From Planctomycetota bacterium (GTDB lineage: Bacteria; Planctomycetota; B15-G4; SIAN01), in NCBI GenBank assembly GCA_031409275.1, contig JANNXA010000050.1, positions 207,682 through 271,681 of the forward strand: DNA of 64,000 nucleotides. The letters run 5' to 3'. Of the stretch, positions 27,396-37,611 are shown one piece after another (the stretch's first letter is position 1; each line of letters opens with the position of its first letter). The notes beneath the pieces were generated by a model. That model was not told the DNA's origin, searched no databases, and worked only from the letters and a program-made list of their open reading frames with translations. The position numbers and the translations under genes are program-made.

Positions 27396-28355
27396 TCAGC
27401 GAACCATCGCCACCGCGAGGCCGCCCGCGCCGCGCGCGATCAATTCGGCCTGGATCACCTTCTGGGTGGTCGGATTCAGGACCGGCACCACCTCGCCGCG
27501 GCGCCCGGCGCGCTGCGCGGTGCCGATCACCACGATCTCGAGCGCCCCGATGCGCAGGACGAGCTGCACCGAGTCGCCGCGCTCGGCGATCTGCGGCGGC
27601 TCGAGGTACTCCTTCAGCAGCGCGCTGCCCGCCTCGAGGTCGCGCGTCGCCACCATTCCTTGGACCTCGGCGAGGGCCATCACCGGAGTCCCGCCGAGCG
27701 CGGTCCATTCGCCGTCGCTCGCCAGCACCTGCGTCGGCGCGATCGTCTCGCCGCGGCGCACGCCGGTCAGCAGCAGGAGCTGCTTGCCGAAGCGGCGCAC
27801 CTTGAAGCCGACGACGCGTTCGCCGACCACCATCGCCCCCTGCCGCACGACCACCTTCACCAGCAGCCGCGCCGCCCCGCGCGCCTTGGTCACGAACGCG
27901 CAATCGAACTCCGGTTCCGGTGCGCCATCGAGCAAGGGCAGCGGCGCCGGCGTCTGCACCCGCTCGAGCATCACGCGATCGCCGAGCTCGGCGGTCTGCG
28001 CCAGGATCCAGATCTGGGCCGCGGCGTAGAGATCGTCGGAGGGCAGTTCGCGCCAGTTCGCGACCACCTCGACCTGCGGCGCACCGACGATCGCATCGCT
28101 CTCGATCACGAGGCCCGCGAGCCGCGCCGCGAGGCGGACACCTGCGGGCGTCACCAGGCGCGGCTTGCCGGCCGACGGCGCCGGGCAGATCTCGAGCTTG
28201 CCCAGGCGTTCGACGTCGGCCTTCGGACCGTGCAGGTCGGCGACGTCGGCCAGCACCACCGGCGAGTGGGTGACCGCGACGCGCGGCTTGAGCTGCACGA
28301 GCAGCGAATCGCCGGCGCCGAAGAACGCGAGCAGGAGGACGAGCAGGGGGCCCAT
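27396..28355 (-). CDS. flgA: P-ring assembly chaperone FlgA
   Basis: SAF-like region, then RGDSVQLV...GTAQRAGRRGEVVPVLNPTTQKVIQA; between flgG and flgH. Confidence 0.88.
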   Translation of the reverse strand: MGPLLVLLLAFFGAGDSLLVQLKPRVAVTHSPVVLADVADLHGPKADVERLGKLEICPAPSAGKPRLVTPAGVRLAARLAGLVIESDAIVGAPQVEVVANWRELPSDDLYAAAQIWILAQTAELGDRVMLERVQTPAPLPLLDGAPEPEFDCAFVTKARGAARLLVKVVVRQGAMVVGERVVGFKVRRFGKQLLLLTGVRRGETIAPTQVLASDGEWTALGGTPVMALAEVQGMVATRDLEAGSALLKEYLEPPQIAERGDSVQLVLRIGALEIVVIGTAQRAGRRGEVVPVLNPTTQKVIQAELIARGAGGLAVAMVR

Positions 28356-28356
28356 G

Positions 28357-29148
<792 letters not shown>

Positions 29149-29180
29149 CGGAGCTTCCCTTTCCTTGGCGGCGGCGCGCG

Positions 29181-29915
29181 TCAGCGCGACATGTCGTTCA
29201 GACGCTGGCGCAGTTCGTTCTCGGTGGAGAGCGCCTTCTGCGCCGCCTCGTACTGACGTTGCACGACGATCATTTCGATGAGCTCGCGCACCGGGTCGGT
29301 GTTCGAGCGTTCGCGGTAACCCTGGAGCACTTCGGTGTTGGTGGCGGCGACGAGTTCGCTGCCTTCGGGAGCGGCGTAGCGACCGCCCCCTTCCGCCATC
29401 AGCTCGTTCGGATCGACGAAGGTGACGACGCGCAACCGGCCGATCGGCTCGTTGTCGGAGAGCACGGTGCCATCGCGCTCGATGCGCAGCGCGCTGTTGG
29501 GCTCGGTCGTGCGAAGCGGCCCCGACTCCCCGAGCAAGCGCGCGCCGCGGCTGTCGATCACGAGTCCGTCGGCGTCGCGCGACAGCGTCACGCTGCGCAC
29601 GAAGTGGACGCGATCCTCGACCTCGACCGCGAAGAAGCCCTCGCCCTTCAGCGCGAGGTCATCGAAGCTGTCGGTCGCGATGAGGTCGCCCTGCGTGAAG
29701 TCGTGCTGGACGGCGGCCTGCTTGCCGGAACTTGCGCCTTGAGCGGCGCCGCTTTCCTCCGAAGAACTCTGCGAGTACGCGATCAACCGCTTGTGGCCCG
29801 CCGTCTCGACGTTGGCGAGGTTGTCGGCGACGACTTCGAACCGGCGCTCGAGCCCCCGCATGGCGGTGGCGATGGCGCGGGTCGTGCCGCGGATGTCGAT
29901 GGAGTTGGTGGTCAT
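29181..29915 (-). CDS. flgF: Proximal rod protein FlgF
   Basis: VADNLANVETAGHK, DLALKGEGFFAV, QGYRERSNTDPVRELIEMIVVQRQYE. Confidence 0.9.
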   Translation of the reverse strand: MTTNSIDIRGTTRAIATAMRGLERRFEVVADNLANVETAGHKRLIAYSQSSSEESGAAQGASSGKQAAVQHDFTQGDLIATDSFDDLALKGEGFFAVEVEDRVHFVRSVTLSRDADGLVIDSRGARLLGESGPLRTTEPNSALRIERDGTVLSDNEPIGRLRVVTFVDPNELMAEGGGRYAAPEGSELVAATNTEVLQGYRERSNTDPVRELIEMIVVQRQYEAAQKALSTENELRQRLNDMSR

Positions 29916-29930
29916 GGCAGCGACCTCTTG

Positions 29931-29945
29931 GCAGGTCGCGTGCCA
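29931..29945 (-). promoter_or_regulatory. Putative sigma54 -24/-12 promoter for flgF...flgL
   Basis: Minus strand TGGCAC-GCGAC-CTGC, with canonical GG-N10-GC spacing, 15 bp before the flgF ATG. Confidence 0.7.
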
Positions 29946-30010
29946 GTGCCGCCGTTTCCACCCAAGTCATGGCGCACGCACGACTTGCGCGCGATGCCAC
30001 GAGGCCGCCG

Positions 30011-32914
30011 TCAGGCCGGAGTCGGAATCTCGTTCCGAGTGGCGCGACGCGCGGCGGAAAGCGCTGCGCACCGTTCCAGCAGCGCCTGCGCCAGCGGGTC
30101 GTGCGGGCAGCGGGCGAGGTAGCGCTCGACGAAGCGCTGCGCTTCGTCGGGACGCGCGAGCCCGGCCGCGGCCTGCGCCGCGTGGTAGAGCGCGTCGAGG
30201 TCGCGCGGCTCGCGAACGAACGCCGCTCGCGCGAGGCGCAGCACGTCGCGCCAACGTCCCTGCTCAGCGCACAGCCGTGCCAACAGCCCCGGGTCATCGC
30301 GGTGACGCTCGGCGAACAGCTTCCAGTTCTCTTTCTGCTGCTGCACGAGGTCGACGGCGAGCGCCTGGAACGTCTTGTTGCCGAAGTGATGGACGTAGGC
30401 CTCGCGTGCGATGATCAGCCGCTGCCCGCGCCGCCGCTGCTGGCGGCAAAGCTCGTCGTCCTCGAAGGTGCCGCGGCCGTACGCGTCGGCCAGACCGCCC
30501 ACGAGGTCGGCGCGCCGGCCGGTGAAGCAGAAGCCCGACAGGAAGGCGACGTCCTCCTGCCGGCCGCGCTCGCGCGCCGACCACGCCTGCGCGCGGGCGC
30601 GGAGCTGGTCGAAGTCAGCCAGCGGCTGCCCCTCGCCGAGATCGATCTGCTGGCGCCCCTTCGCGTAGCTGGTGCACGGCCCGACCAGGCCGATCGACGG
30701 ATCGCTGGCCAGCGGCATCACCTGCGGCGCCAGCCAACCCGGCAGCGGCACGGTGTCGTTGTTCAGCACGCAGACGAACTCGCCCTTCGCGGCCGCGAGT
30801 CCCTGGTTCACCGCGCCGGCGAAACCGCGATTCAGCTCATTGCGGATCACCTGCACGCGCGGGTGGCGGGCCAACACGGCCGTCGTGTGGTCGCGCGAAC
30901 CGTTGTCGATGACGATCACTTCCTGCGCGCCATCGTCGCCGCGCGACTCGAGCTCGGCGAGGCAGCCGGCCGTGTAGTCGGCGGCGTTGCAGACCGGAAT
31001 CACGATCGACGTCGCCGGCAACGTCGACGCGCGCGGACGTGCCGCGACGCGCGGCGCGGGCTCGACCGGCTCGCCAAGACACGTCGCGACCGCCGCCTTC
31101 GCGACGAAGAGCCACTGATGCTCGCGCGCCTCGGCGGCGAGGTCGGCGACCGCGAGCCCCGCCTGCGCCAGCGCGGCGATCAGCGGCTCCGGCATCGCCC
31201 CCTGATCCCAATGGACGCCCTGGCAGCGCTCGACGGCGAAGCCGGCCGCAGCGAAGAGGCGCTGCGCCGACTTGCGCGTGAAGAAGCGCAAATGGGTGCG
31301 ATCGAGGATCCCGGCCGCTTCGTAGCGGAAGTCACCTTCGAGCAGCTGACGCAACACCGACCAGTGGCGGACGTTGGGCAGGCTCGCGACGACGACGCCG
31401 CCCGGCGCCAGCAGACGTCGCGCGTGCGCCAGCGCTGCTTGCGGATCGGCGAGGTGCTCGAGCAGGTCCGCGAAGACGATCGCATCGAAACTGCCGCTTC
31501 GCAGCTCGGCGAGGCGCGCGATGGCGTCGCCGGTCAGGACGCGATCGAGCTCCTCGCCGGCCCGCTGCGCCGCCGCCGCATCGAGCTCGATCCCCACCAC
31601 CTCGAGACCCGGCTCGCGCTCGAGCTTCAGCGCGGTCCCAAGCGCACCCGCGCCGCAACCGACGTCGAGCACGCGCTGCGCGTGCGCCGGGATCAGCGCC
31701 CGAACCTCGGGCCGATCGTGTTCGAAGTAGCCGAGCGCCTTCTCGCGCTTCTGCGCCGTCCCTGGCTCCGCGATCGCGGTGACTGCATCGAGCGTCTCAC
31801 GCGCCGCGTCGTTCCAGCTGCGCGCCAGGCCACGCTCGCGACGCCGTTGCACTGCGGCAGGGTCGCGCTCGGCCAGCGCCGCGCGCACTCCCGCGACGAA
31901 CGACTCGCCGTCGGAGGCCAGCGTGATCACATCGGCATGGTCGCGAGCGCCGGCGACCGGGGTCGCGACGATCGGACGACCGCTGCTCAAGTACTCGTAG
32001 ACCTTCTGCGGATCCATCGCGTCGGTCTGCGGCGACACGACGTGCGGCATCAGCAGGACGTCGGCGTGCTGCAGCAGACCCGGGATCTGCGCACTTGGCA
32101 GCGCGCCCAGGAATCGCACGTTCGGGAACGCGGCGAGCTGCTGGCCGAGCGACTCGCCGCCGGTGCCGGCGATCAGCAGCGTCGCCTGCGGGAAGGCGCG
32201 CGCGACCGCCGCGAACAGCGCCGGCTCGAGGCGCAATCGCAAGCTGCCGGCGTAGACGAGACGCGGGCGCGCGACCCCCGCCAGCAGCGACGGCTCGAGA
32301 GCCTTCGACTCGTAGGCCGCGCCGTCGACCGCGTTGCACACCAACTGGGCGTGCGGCTGGAAGCGGCTCCATTCGCGCAACAGCGTGGCGTTGTTGCCGA
32401 TCAGCAGGTCGGCGCCACGAGCCAGGCGACGGTATCGGCGCTCGAGGTCGACGCGCGCCGCGCTTCGCGCCGCATGGTAGGCGCGATGGTCATCCTCGAT
32501 CTCGCAGACGATGCGGCCGAAACGATCGCCGATCGCGGCGAGCAACCGTTCGCCGAGCTGCGAGGGCGCATTGATCCACAACACCGAGTCGGGGCCGAGC
32601 GCCTCGGCCTGCTGCAGTACCGCGACGACCTGCTCCAGCACCTCGCGCCACGGGTTCGCGGCTCCCGCCTCGAACGTCGGCGTGAAGCGCCACCACTCGC
32701 CCGCCTTCGCCACCGTCGCGCGCGCGCGCGCGGCCGCGATCACCGGCGAATCGGCGGCGCTCGCGAGCTGATCGCGGCGCACCGGCGGTTCGAGGTGCAC
32801 GACCCGGCGCACACGGCGGTCGGCGAGCCACGCCTGCGACAGGCGTTGATCGCGCAACCCCGTGTCGAGCGGGTCGTTCTGGTACCAGACCTTGACGATC
32901 GTCAGCGGGCGCAT
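30011..32914 (-). CDS. Multidomain glycosyltransferase: GT-B(GT4-like), SAM methyltransferase, GT2 and TPR
   Basis: PNVRFLG..PQKVYEYLSSGRPIVAT (GT4); RVLDVGCGAG, ADLLEHL, GILDRTHLRFFT (MTase); SIVIPV, IDNGSRD, NRGFAGAVNQG, LNNDT (GT2); C-terminal TPR. Confidence 0.9.
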   Translation of the reverse strand: MRPLTIVKVWYQNDPLDTGLRDQRLSQAWLADRRVRRVVHLEPPVRRDQLASAADSPVIAAARARATVAKAGEWWRFTPTFEAGAANPWREVLEQVVAVLQQAEALGPDSVLWINAPSQLGERLLAAIGDRFGRIVCEIEDDHRAYHAARSAARVDLERRYRRLARGADLLIGNNATLLREWSRFQPHAQLVCNAVDGAAYESKALEPSLLAGVARPRLVYAGSLRLRLEPALFAAVARAFPQATLLIAGTGGESLGQQLAAFPNVRFLGALPSAQIPGLLQHADVLLMPHVVSPQTDAMDPQKVYEYLSSGRPIVATPVAGARDHADVITLASDGESFVAGVRAALAERDPAAVQRRRERGLARSWNDAARETLDAVTAIAEPGTAQKREKALGYFEHDRPEVRALIPAHAQRVLDVGCGAGALGTALKLEREPGLEVVGIELDAAAAQRAGEELDRVLTGDAIARLAELRSGSFDAIVFADLLEHLADPQAALAHARRLLAPGGVVVASLPNVRHWSVLRQLLEGDFRYEAAGILDRTHLRFFTRKSAQRLFAAAGFAVERCQGVHWDQGAMPEPLIAALAQAGLAVADLAAEAREHQWLFVAKAAVATCLGEPVEPAPRVAARPRASTLPATSIVIPVCNAADYTAGCLAELESRGDDGAQEVIVIDNGSRDHTTAVLARHPRVQVIRNELNRGFAGAVNQGLAAAKGEFVCVLNNDTVPLPGWLAPQVMPLASDPSIGLVGPCTSYAKGRQQIDLGEGQPLADFDQLRARAQAWSARERGRQEDVAFLSGFCFTGRRADLVGGLADAYGRGTFEDDELCRQQRRRGQRLIIAREAYVHHFGNKTFQALAVDLVQQQKENWKLFAERHRDDPGLLARLCAEQGRWRDVLRLARAAFVREPRDLDALYHAAQAAAGLARPDEAQRFVERYLARCPHDPLAQALLERCAALSAARRATRNEIPTPA
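30024..30036. promoter_or_regulatory. GGAA-N5-TTCC palindrome about 80 bp upstream of the flgF sigma54 promoter
   Basis: TCGGAA-TCTCG-TTCCGA (30022-30038), inside the last codons of the glycosyltransferase gene. Confidence 0.55.
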
Positions 32915-34659
32915 GCAGTCGACTCGCGCGCGGCGGTCGCGGTGGCCAGTCGGTAGCCACGCTTCACCAACCGCTCCAGCAGCGGGCCGGCTTCGCCTCC
33001 ATCGCTCTCGAGCACATCGCGACGCAGCGCGATCATCGAACTCTGCAGTTGCGCGCAGAGCTGCGCCTGCGCCAGCAACCCTTCCTGGCGATCGTCGACG
33101 TTGCACGCGCCGACCGCCGGCAAGGTGGCGAGCGTGAGCCGCATCGCCTCCCACTCACGCCGCGTCGGAACGCAGCTGCCATCGAGGAGCACGAAGAAGT
33201 CGGCGCCGAAGCCCGTCAGCAGCGCCTGCTTCAAAGTCGCCGCGTTGGAAGCCTTCGGCAGATTGAAGCGGCGGATGCGGCGATCGTTCGGAAGCGGGCG
33301 CTCGATCGTCCCTTCCTGGATGCCGACGGCGAGCTCGGCCCATGGCGGCAGCTCCGGGAGCGCGAGCTCGACCGCCTGGACGCTCGAATCCGAGGAGAGC
33401 ACGATCACGGCAGCGCCGCGCTGCGTCCCGACGGCGCAACGTTCGAGCGGCGCCTGTTCGCCGCCGGCGATGGCATGGACGAAGCCGCGGATCAGCTCGT
33501 GGCGCGTCGCTTCGAGCAGCGTGCCGGCGAGCTCAGGGCGCAGCTTCTCGAGGATGTCGCGCGCCTGCGCCGGACGCCGGGCGACGACCTGCTCGATCTC
33601 CTGCAGCGAATCGCGCAGGGCGCTGACGCAGCGGTCGTGACGATCGGAACCTGCAAGCAGCCGCGCGAACAGCGCTTCCCGATCCGACTCTTCGAGGCCG
33701 ATCGCCGCCAGCCACGACGGCGGTGCGCCGCCTCCATGCAGGCGACGCAGCTCCTTCCAATCGGCCCCCATCGCGCGGCAGCGCGCGAGCCAACCATCGA
33801 GGTCGACGTTCGGGGTTCGTCGCCCGCCGAGCGCGGGGTCGAGCACGATGCGCCAGCCGGATGCAGCGAGGCGCGCGCCGAGTTCGGGGCCGGCGAAGGC
33901 GGAGAGGCCGGTGTGGAGTCCGCCGGCCGCGACGAGTTCTTCGCGCGGGAAGCTCACGTGGTCGAGCAGGAGGCACTCGGCCGGCACTTCGCCCGCGGAG
34001 TCGATCCCTGCCTGCGCTCCCAGCAAGCCCAGCCCATCCAACGCGAAGGCGAGCGGGCGAAGCTCGAGGCCTGCCCATTCGATCGCGCCAAGCAGCACGC
34101 ACGGCGGCGCGCCCACCGCATGCGCGGTGAGGTGGCGCAGCAGCGCGTCGGGCCGCAGCGCGACGTCATGGGCCAGCACGACCACGACGCGACCGCGCGC
34201 CGATCGGAGTGCGGTCGCGCAGGCGCGCGCATCGCCGCCATCCGCGACCAGCACTTCGAAGCGACTCGGCGCCAACGTCTGCGCATCGAGCGCGCCGAGA
34301 GCCGGTGACTGGCATACGGGCTCGGGCACGCCGAGGACGATCACGCTGAGTTCGGGGCACGCGGGCGAGGTCGACGCCTTTGCGGGCGCCGGACTCGGCT
34401 TCGACGGCGCGGCGACCGCGGCGACCGCGGCATTCGTCGGCTGCGTGGCGGCGGCGAGCGCTCGCGCGATCGTCGGATCGAGTTCGGCGGTCAGCAGCGA
34501 GAGGTCCCGCAGCACCTGTCGGGCCAGCTCGGCGCGACCGGCGGCGCGCGCGTCGCGCCACAGCGCCTCGTAGTCGGCGAACGTGCCGGCATGCGCACCC
34601 TTCTGGGCCTGCGCGCGGATCGACGCATAGCGCTGCTCAAGCGATGGCGACGGGTTCAT
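32902..34659 (-). CDS. Degenerate GT2-like protein
   Basis: ELSVIV, ALDAQTLAPSRFEVLVADGG, ARGRVVVVLAHD, SFPREELVAAGG, ELGARL..SGWRIV. DxD appears eroded. Confidence 0.65.
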   Translation of the reverse strand: MNPSPSLEQRYASIRAQAQKGAHAGTFADYEALWRDARAAGRAELARQVLRDLSLLTAELDPTIARALAAATQPTNAAVAAVAAPSKPSPAPAKASTSPACPELSVIVLGVPEPVCQSPALGALDAQTLAPSRFEVLVADGGDARACATALRSARGRVVVVLAHDVALRPDALLRHLTAHAVGAPPCVLLGAIEWAGLELRPLAFALDGLGLLGAQAGIDSAGEVPAECLLLDHVSFPREELVAAGGLHTGLSAFAGPELGARLAASGWRIVLDPALGGRRTPNVDLDGWLARCRAMGADWKELRRLHGGGAPPSWLAAIGLEESDREALFARLLAGSDRHDRCVSALRDSLQEIEQVVARRPAQARDILEKLRPELAGTLLEATRHELIRGFVHAIAGGEQAPLERCAVGTQRGAAVIVLSSDSSVQAVELALPELPPWAELAVGIQEGTIERPLPNDRRIRRFNLPKASNAATLKQALLTGFGADFFVLLDGSCVPTRREWEAMRLTLATLPAVGACNVDDRQEGLLAQAQLCAQLQSSMIALRRDVLESDGGEAGPLLERLVKRGYRLATATAARESTACAR

Positions 34660-35146
34660 GAGTTTCCTTTTCCGTGGAAGCGGCGGCGTCGGAGCGCTCG
34701 TCGCTGCGCCGAAGGACGAAGAGCGAACCGCCGCGCCCCTTCGGGTCGAGCGTGGCAAAACCGCGGCAGGAACCGGCGCAGCCGCCATCGACGAGGCGGA
34801 TCGCCTCCCCGTGACGTGGCCGGATCGATTCGAATTCGATGAGCAGTCCTTCATCGGCGGTGGCGACGACGCGCTCGGAGCAGCGCTCGACCCGCCCGCA
34901 GCGCACCGCCTCGTCGGCACCATGCCAGCCGCGGCGGACGCTCCACTCGCGATCCTGCATGTGCTTCAACACCCGCCAGGTCATCGCGCCCAACAGCAGG
35001 AGCGCCAATCCCAGGCTGGCGAAATGGAGCACGTTCAGGTCGATCCCGCTGCCACCGCGCGGCGTGCCGCGGCTCGCCGCCTCGATGCGTTCGGCAACCG
35101 ACAGGCTCGGCTCGCTCCCGAACTCGAACATGTTCTGGATCGTCAT
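34637..35146 (-). CDS. Hypothetical single-TM protein
   Basis: GGAG RBS before the ATG, 13 bp after flgE; hydrophobic FASLGLALLLLGAMTW; overlaps the next gene. Confidence 0.6.
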   Translation of the reverse strand: MTIQNMFEFGSEPSLSVAERIEAASRGTPRGGSGIDLNVLHFASLGLALLLLGAMTWRVLKHMQDREWSVRRGWHGADEAVRCGRVERCSERVVATADEGLLIEFESIRPRHGEAIRLVDGGCAGSCRGFATLDPKGRGGSLFVLRRSDERSDAAASTEKETHEPVAIA

Positions 35147-35158
35147 CGCCGGCTCCGA

Positions 35159-37108
35159 TCAGACGATGTTGACCAGCTCGTTCAGGAGCTCGTCCGCAAC
35201 CTTGATGACGCGCGCATTGGCCTGGAAGCCGCGTTGCGCCTCGATCAGGCGCACGAACTCCTCGGCCACGTCGACGTTCGACGACTCGAGCGCACCGCCG
35301 AAGATCGAGCCGGCGCGGCCGGTGCCTGCCGTCTGCACCTGCGGCACGCCCGAGTTGGGCGACTCCTCGAAGAGCGAGCTGCCGCTGCGCAGCAGGCCGT
35401 TTGGGTTCGAGAAGACCGCGATGGCGATCTGGTCGAGCGCCTGCTGTTGTCCATTGCTGTAGGAGCCGGTGATGATCCCGTCGCTGTTGACGGCCATCGA
35501 AACCAGCTCGCCGACCGCGTAGCCGTCCTGCGAGAGCGCGCGCAGGCTCTGCGAATCGCCGAGCTGCGTGACGCCATCGAGCTGACCGCTGGTCCCGAAG
35601 TCGAGCGCAATCGACTGCGTCGCGGTCAACCCATCGAACATGATCTCGATGTCGCCGTCGCCGCTGCCCGTGCCGGTGGTCGCGAAGAAGGAGCCGTCCG
35701 GATTGAAGCGGATGCCATCCGCGGAGCCATCGACGAGGACGTCGTTGGGATTGTCGGTCTGGGCGGAGAGGCTCCACTCGGAGCTGCTCACGCGAGTCAT
35801 CGTCAGGGTGACCGTGTGCCGCAGTCCGCGCGAGTCGAAGACGTCAAGCGAGGTGCGCACCTCGTCGGGGCCCTGCCCGTTCGTCGTGGCCGAGAAGCCG
35901 TGGCTGGCGAAGGTGGTGCGCCCGACGTTCGCCGAGTCGTCGATGAACGACAGCGAGAGCGTGGCCGCGCCGGTGTTGTCGGCCGTGACCACGAGGTTGC
36001 CGCTGGCGTCGAGGGTGACGGTGGCGTCGGAGAGCAGGTTGTCGGCGAAGCTCGCAAGGTCACCGAGCGTCGTGCCGTCGGTGCCGTAGACGAACGTCCC
36101 GGAGATCGCCTGCCCGCTGGCGTCGGTGCCGCTGATCTCGATCTGGTCGCCGTTCTGATAGTCGATCAGGTTGTCAGCCAGGTCGTTCAGCGCGGTCGTC
36201 AGCGTCGCTGGCGAGGAGACGCCGCGCACCAGCGTCGTCGACAGGCCGAACAGGCTGGCCGGCGAGTTGATGCCGTCGTCGATCTTGATCGTCGAGCTGT
36301 CGCCGGTGCGATCGGAGGTGATGACCACCGCTCCGCTCGAGCCGTCGACGGTGACGCCGCTGACCTGGGCCGCGATGATCTGCGCCACCTCGGTCGCGGT
36401 GGCCGTCGCGATGTTGCCGCCGAGCGTCGTGAAGTCCGCGGCACGGAAGGTGACGGTCTGGGCGCTGCCACCATCGACGCGCAAGTCCATGGTGTCGCCG
36501 TCGTTCAGCGCGAACGGACCGCTGTTGGCGCCGGTGACCACGCCGTGCGTGCCGCCCTCGTAGATCGAGGAGCTGGTGAGGACTTCGGCGACCGGGCCGC
36601 CGACCTTCGCCGGCAGGTTGCCGCCGAGTCCGATCGAAGCGGTCGCGCGCGCCGGCAGCAGCGTGTTGAGCGGCAACTGGATGTCCGCTCCGAGCACGCT
36701 GCGCACCCGGAAGCCGGTCGACGTGTCGACGAGGTAGCTGTCGCGATCGACGCCGAAGGTGCCCGCGCGGGTGAAGACGTTGCGCGCGCCGGAGTTCAGC
36801 ACGAAGAAGCCGTCGCCCTGGATGCCGAGGTCGAACGGACGGCCCGTGTCGTCGAGGACGCCCTGCGCGCCGCGGATGTCGACGGAGTGGACCTGGACGC
36901 CGAGCCCGATCTGCACCGGGTTGACGCCGCCGAGCGTCGACGTGGGCGCCGAGCCGGAACGCAGCGACTGCGCCAGCACATCGGAGAACGTGACGCGCGA
37001 CGATTTGTAGCCGACGGTGCTCGCGTTCGCGAGGTTGTTGCCGACCACGTCGAGGAAGAACTGATGGACGCGAAGTCCGGAAAGGGCTGACGTCAGTGCG
37101 CTCGACAT
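35159..37108 (-). CDS. flgE: Flagellar hook protein FlgE with large insertions
   Basis: ALSGL...VVGNNLANASTVGYKSSRVTFSD, GDGFFV, TRAGTF, LESSNVDVAEEFVRLIEAQRGFQANARVI. Confidence 0.96.
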   Translation of the reverse strand: MSSALTSALSGLRVHQFFLDVVGNNLANASTVGYKSSRVTFSDVLAQSLRSGSAPTSTLGGVNPVQIGLGVQVHSVDIRGAQGVLDDTGRPFDLGIQGDGFFVLNSGARNVFTRAGTFGVDRDSYLVDTSTGFRVRSVLGADIQLPLNTLLPARATASIGLGGNLPAKVGGPVAEVLTSSSIYEGGTHGVVTGANSGPFALNDGDTMDLRVDGGSAQTVTFRAADFTTLGGNIATATATEVAQIIAAQVSGVTVDGSSGAVVITSDRTGDSSTIKIDDGINSPASLFGLSTTLVRGVSSPATLTTALNDLADNLIDYQNGDQIEISGTDASGQAISGTFVYGTDGTTLGDLASFADNLLSDATVTLDASGNLVVTADNTGAATLSLSFIDDSANVGRTTFASHGFSATTNGQGPDEVRTSLDVFDSRGLRHTVTLTMTRVSSSEWSLSAQTDNPNDVLVDGSADGIRFNPDGSFFATTGTGSGDGDIEIMFDGLTATQSIALDFGTSGQLDGVTQLGDSQSLRALSQDGYAVGELVSMAVNSDGIITGSYSNGQQQALDQIAIAVFSNPNGLLRSGSSLFEESPNSGVPQVQTAGTGRAGSIFGGALESSNVDVAEEFVRLIEAQRGFQANARVIKVADELLNELVNIV

Positions 37109-37112
37109 CCGG

Positions 37113-37559
37113 TCACTCCTGGCTGCGAATGGAGGTGAGGTTGGGCAACGGGACCGCGATGCCATCGACATCGAGGACGACGAGTCCGTCGATGGCGCGG
37201 ACCGCATCGACCTGACCGCTCGCCGCGGTGCCGGTCGACGGGTCGATGTAGTCGACCGTCTTGCCGATCAGCGCCGCGCTCTGGGTCATCTGCTGCAGCG
37301 CCGCCAGCGACTCCTGCAGCGAGACCATCGACTGCAGGCGATCGTTGGTTTCGAGCGACTGCTCGAGCTGGCTGTACTGGGTGAGCTGACCGAGGAACTC
37401 GGTGTCCTGCATCGGGTTCAGCGGATCCTGCGCCTGCAACTGCGCGCTGAGGATCCGGAAGAAGTCCTCGCCCGTCGCCAACGAGCGCGCGTCGAGGTTG
37501 CTGCCGGTGGTCTCCACGGCGCTGCTGCCCGCGTCCTGGATCGAGGTAAGACTGGACAT
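37113..37559 (-). CDS. flgD: Hook assembly/cap protein FlgD
   Basis: FFRILSAQLQAQDPLNPMQDTEFLGQLTQYSQLEQ, ALIGKTV. Confidence 0.95.
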   Translation of the reverse strand: MSSLTSIQDAGSSAVETTGSNLDARSLATGEDFFRILSAQLQAQDPLNPMQDTEFLGQLTQYSQLEQSLETNDRLQSMVSLQESLAALQQMTQSAALIGKTVDYIDPSTGTAASGQVDAVRAIDGLVVLDVDGIAVPLPNLTSIRSQE

Positions 37560-37611
37560 GGTTCGTTCCCCTTGCCGGCCCGCGCCGGTCCACTCCCTGG
37601 ACGTCGCCCGC

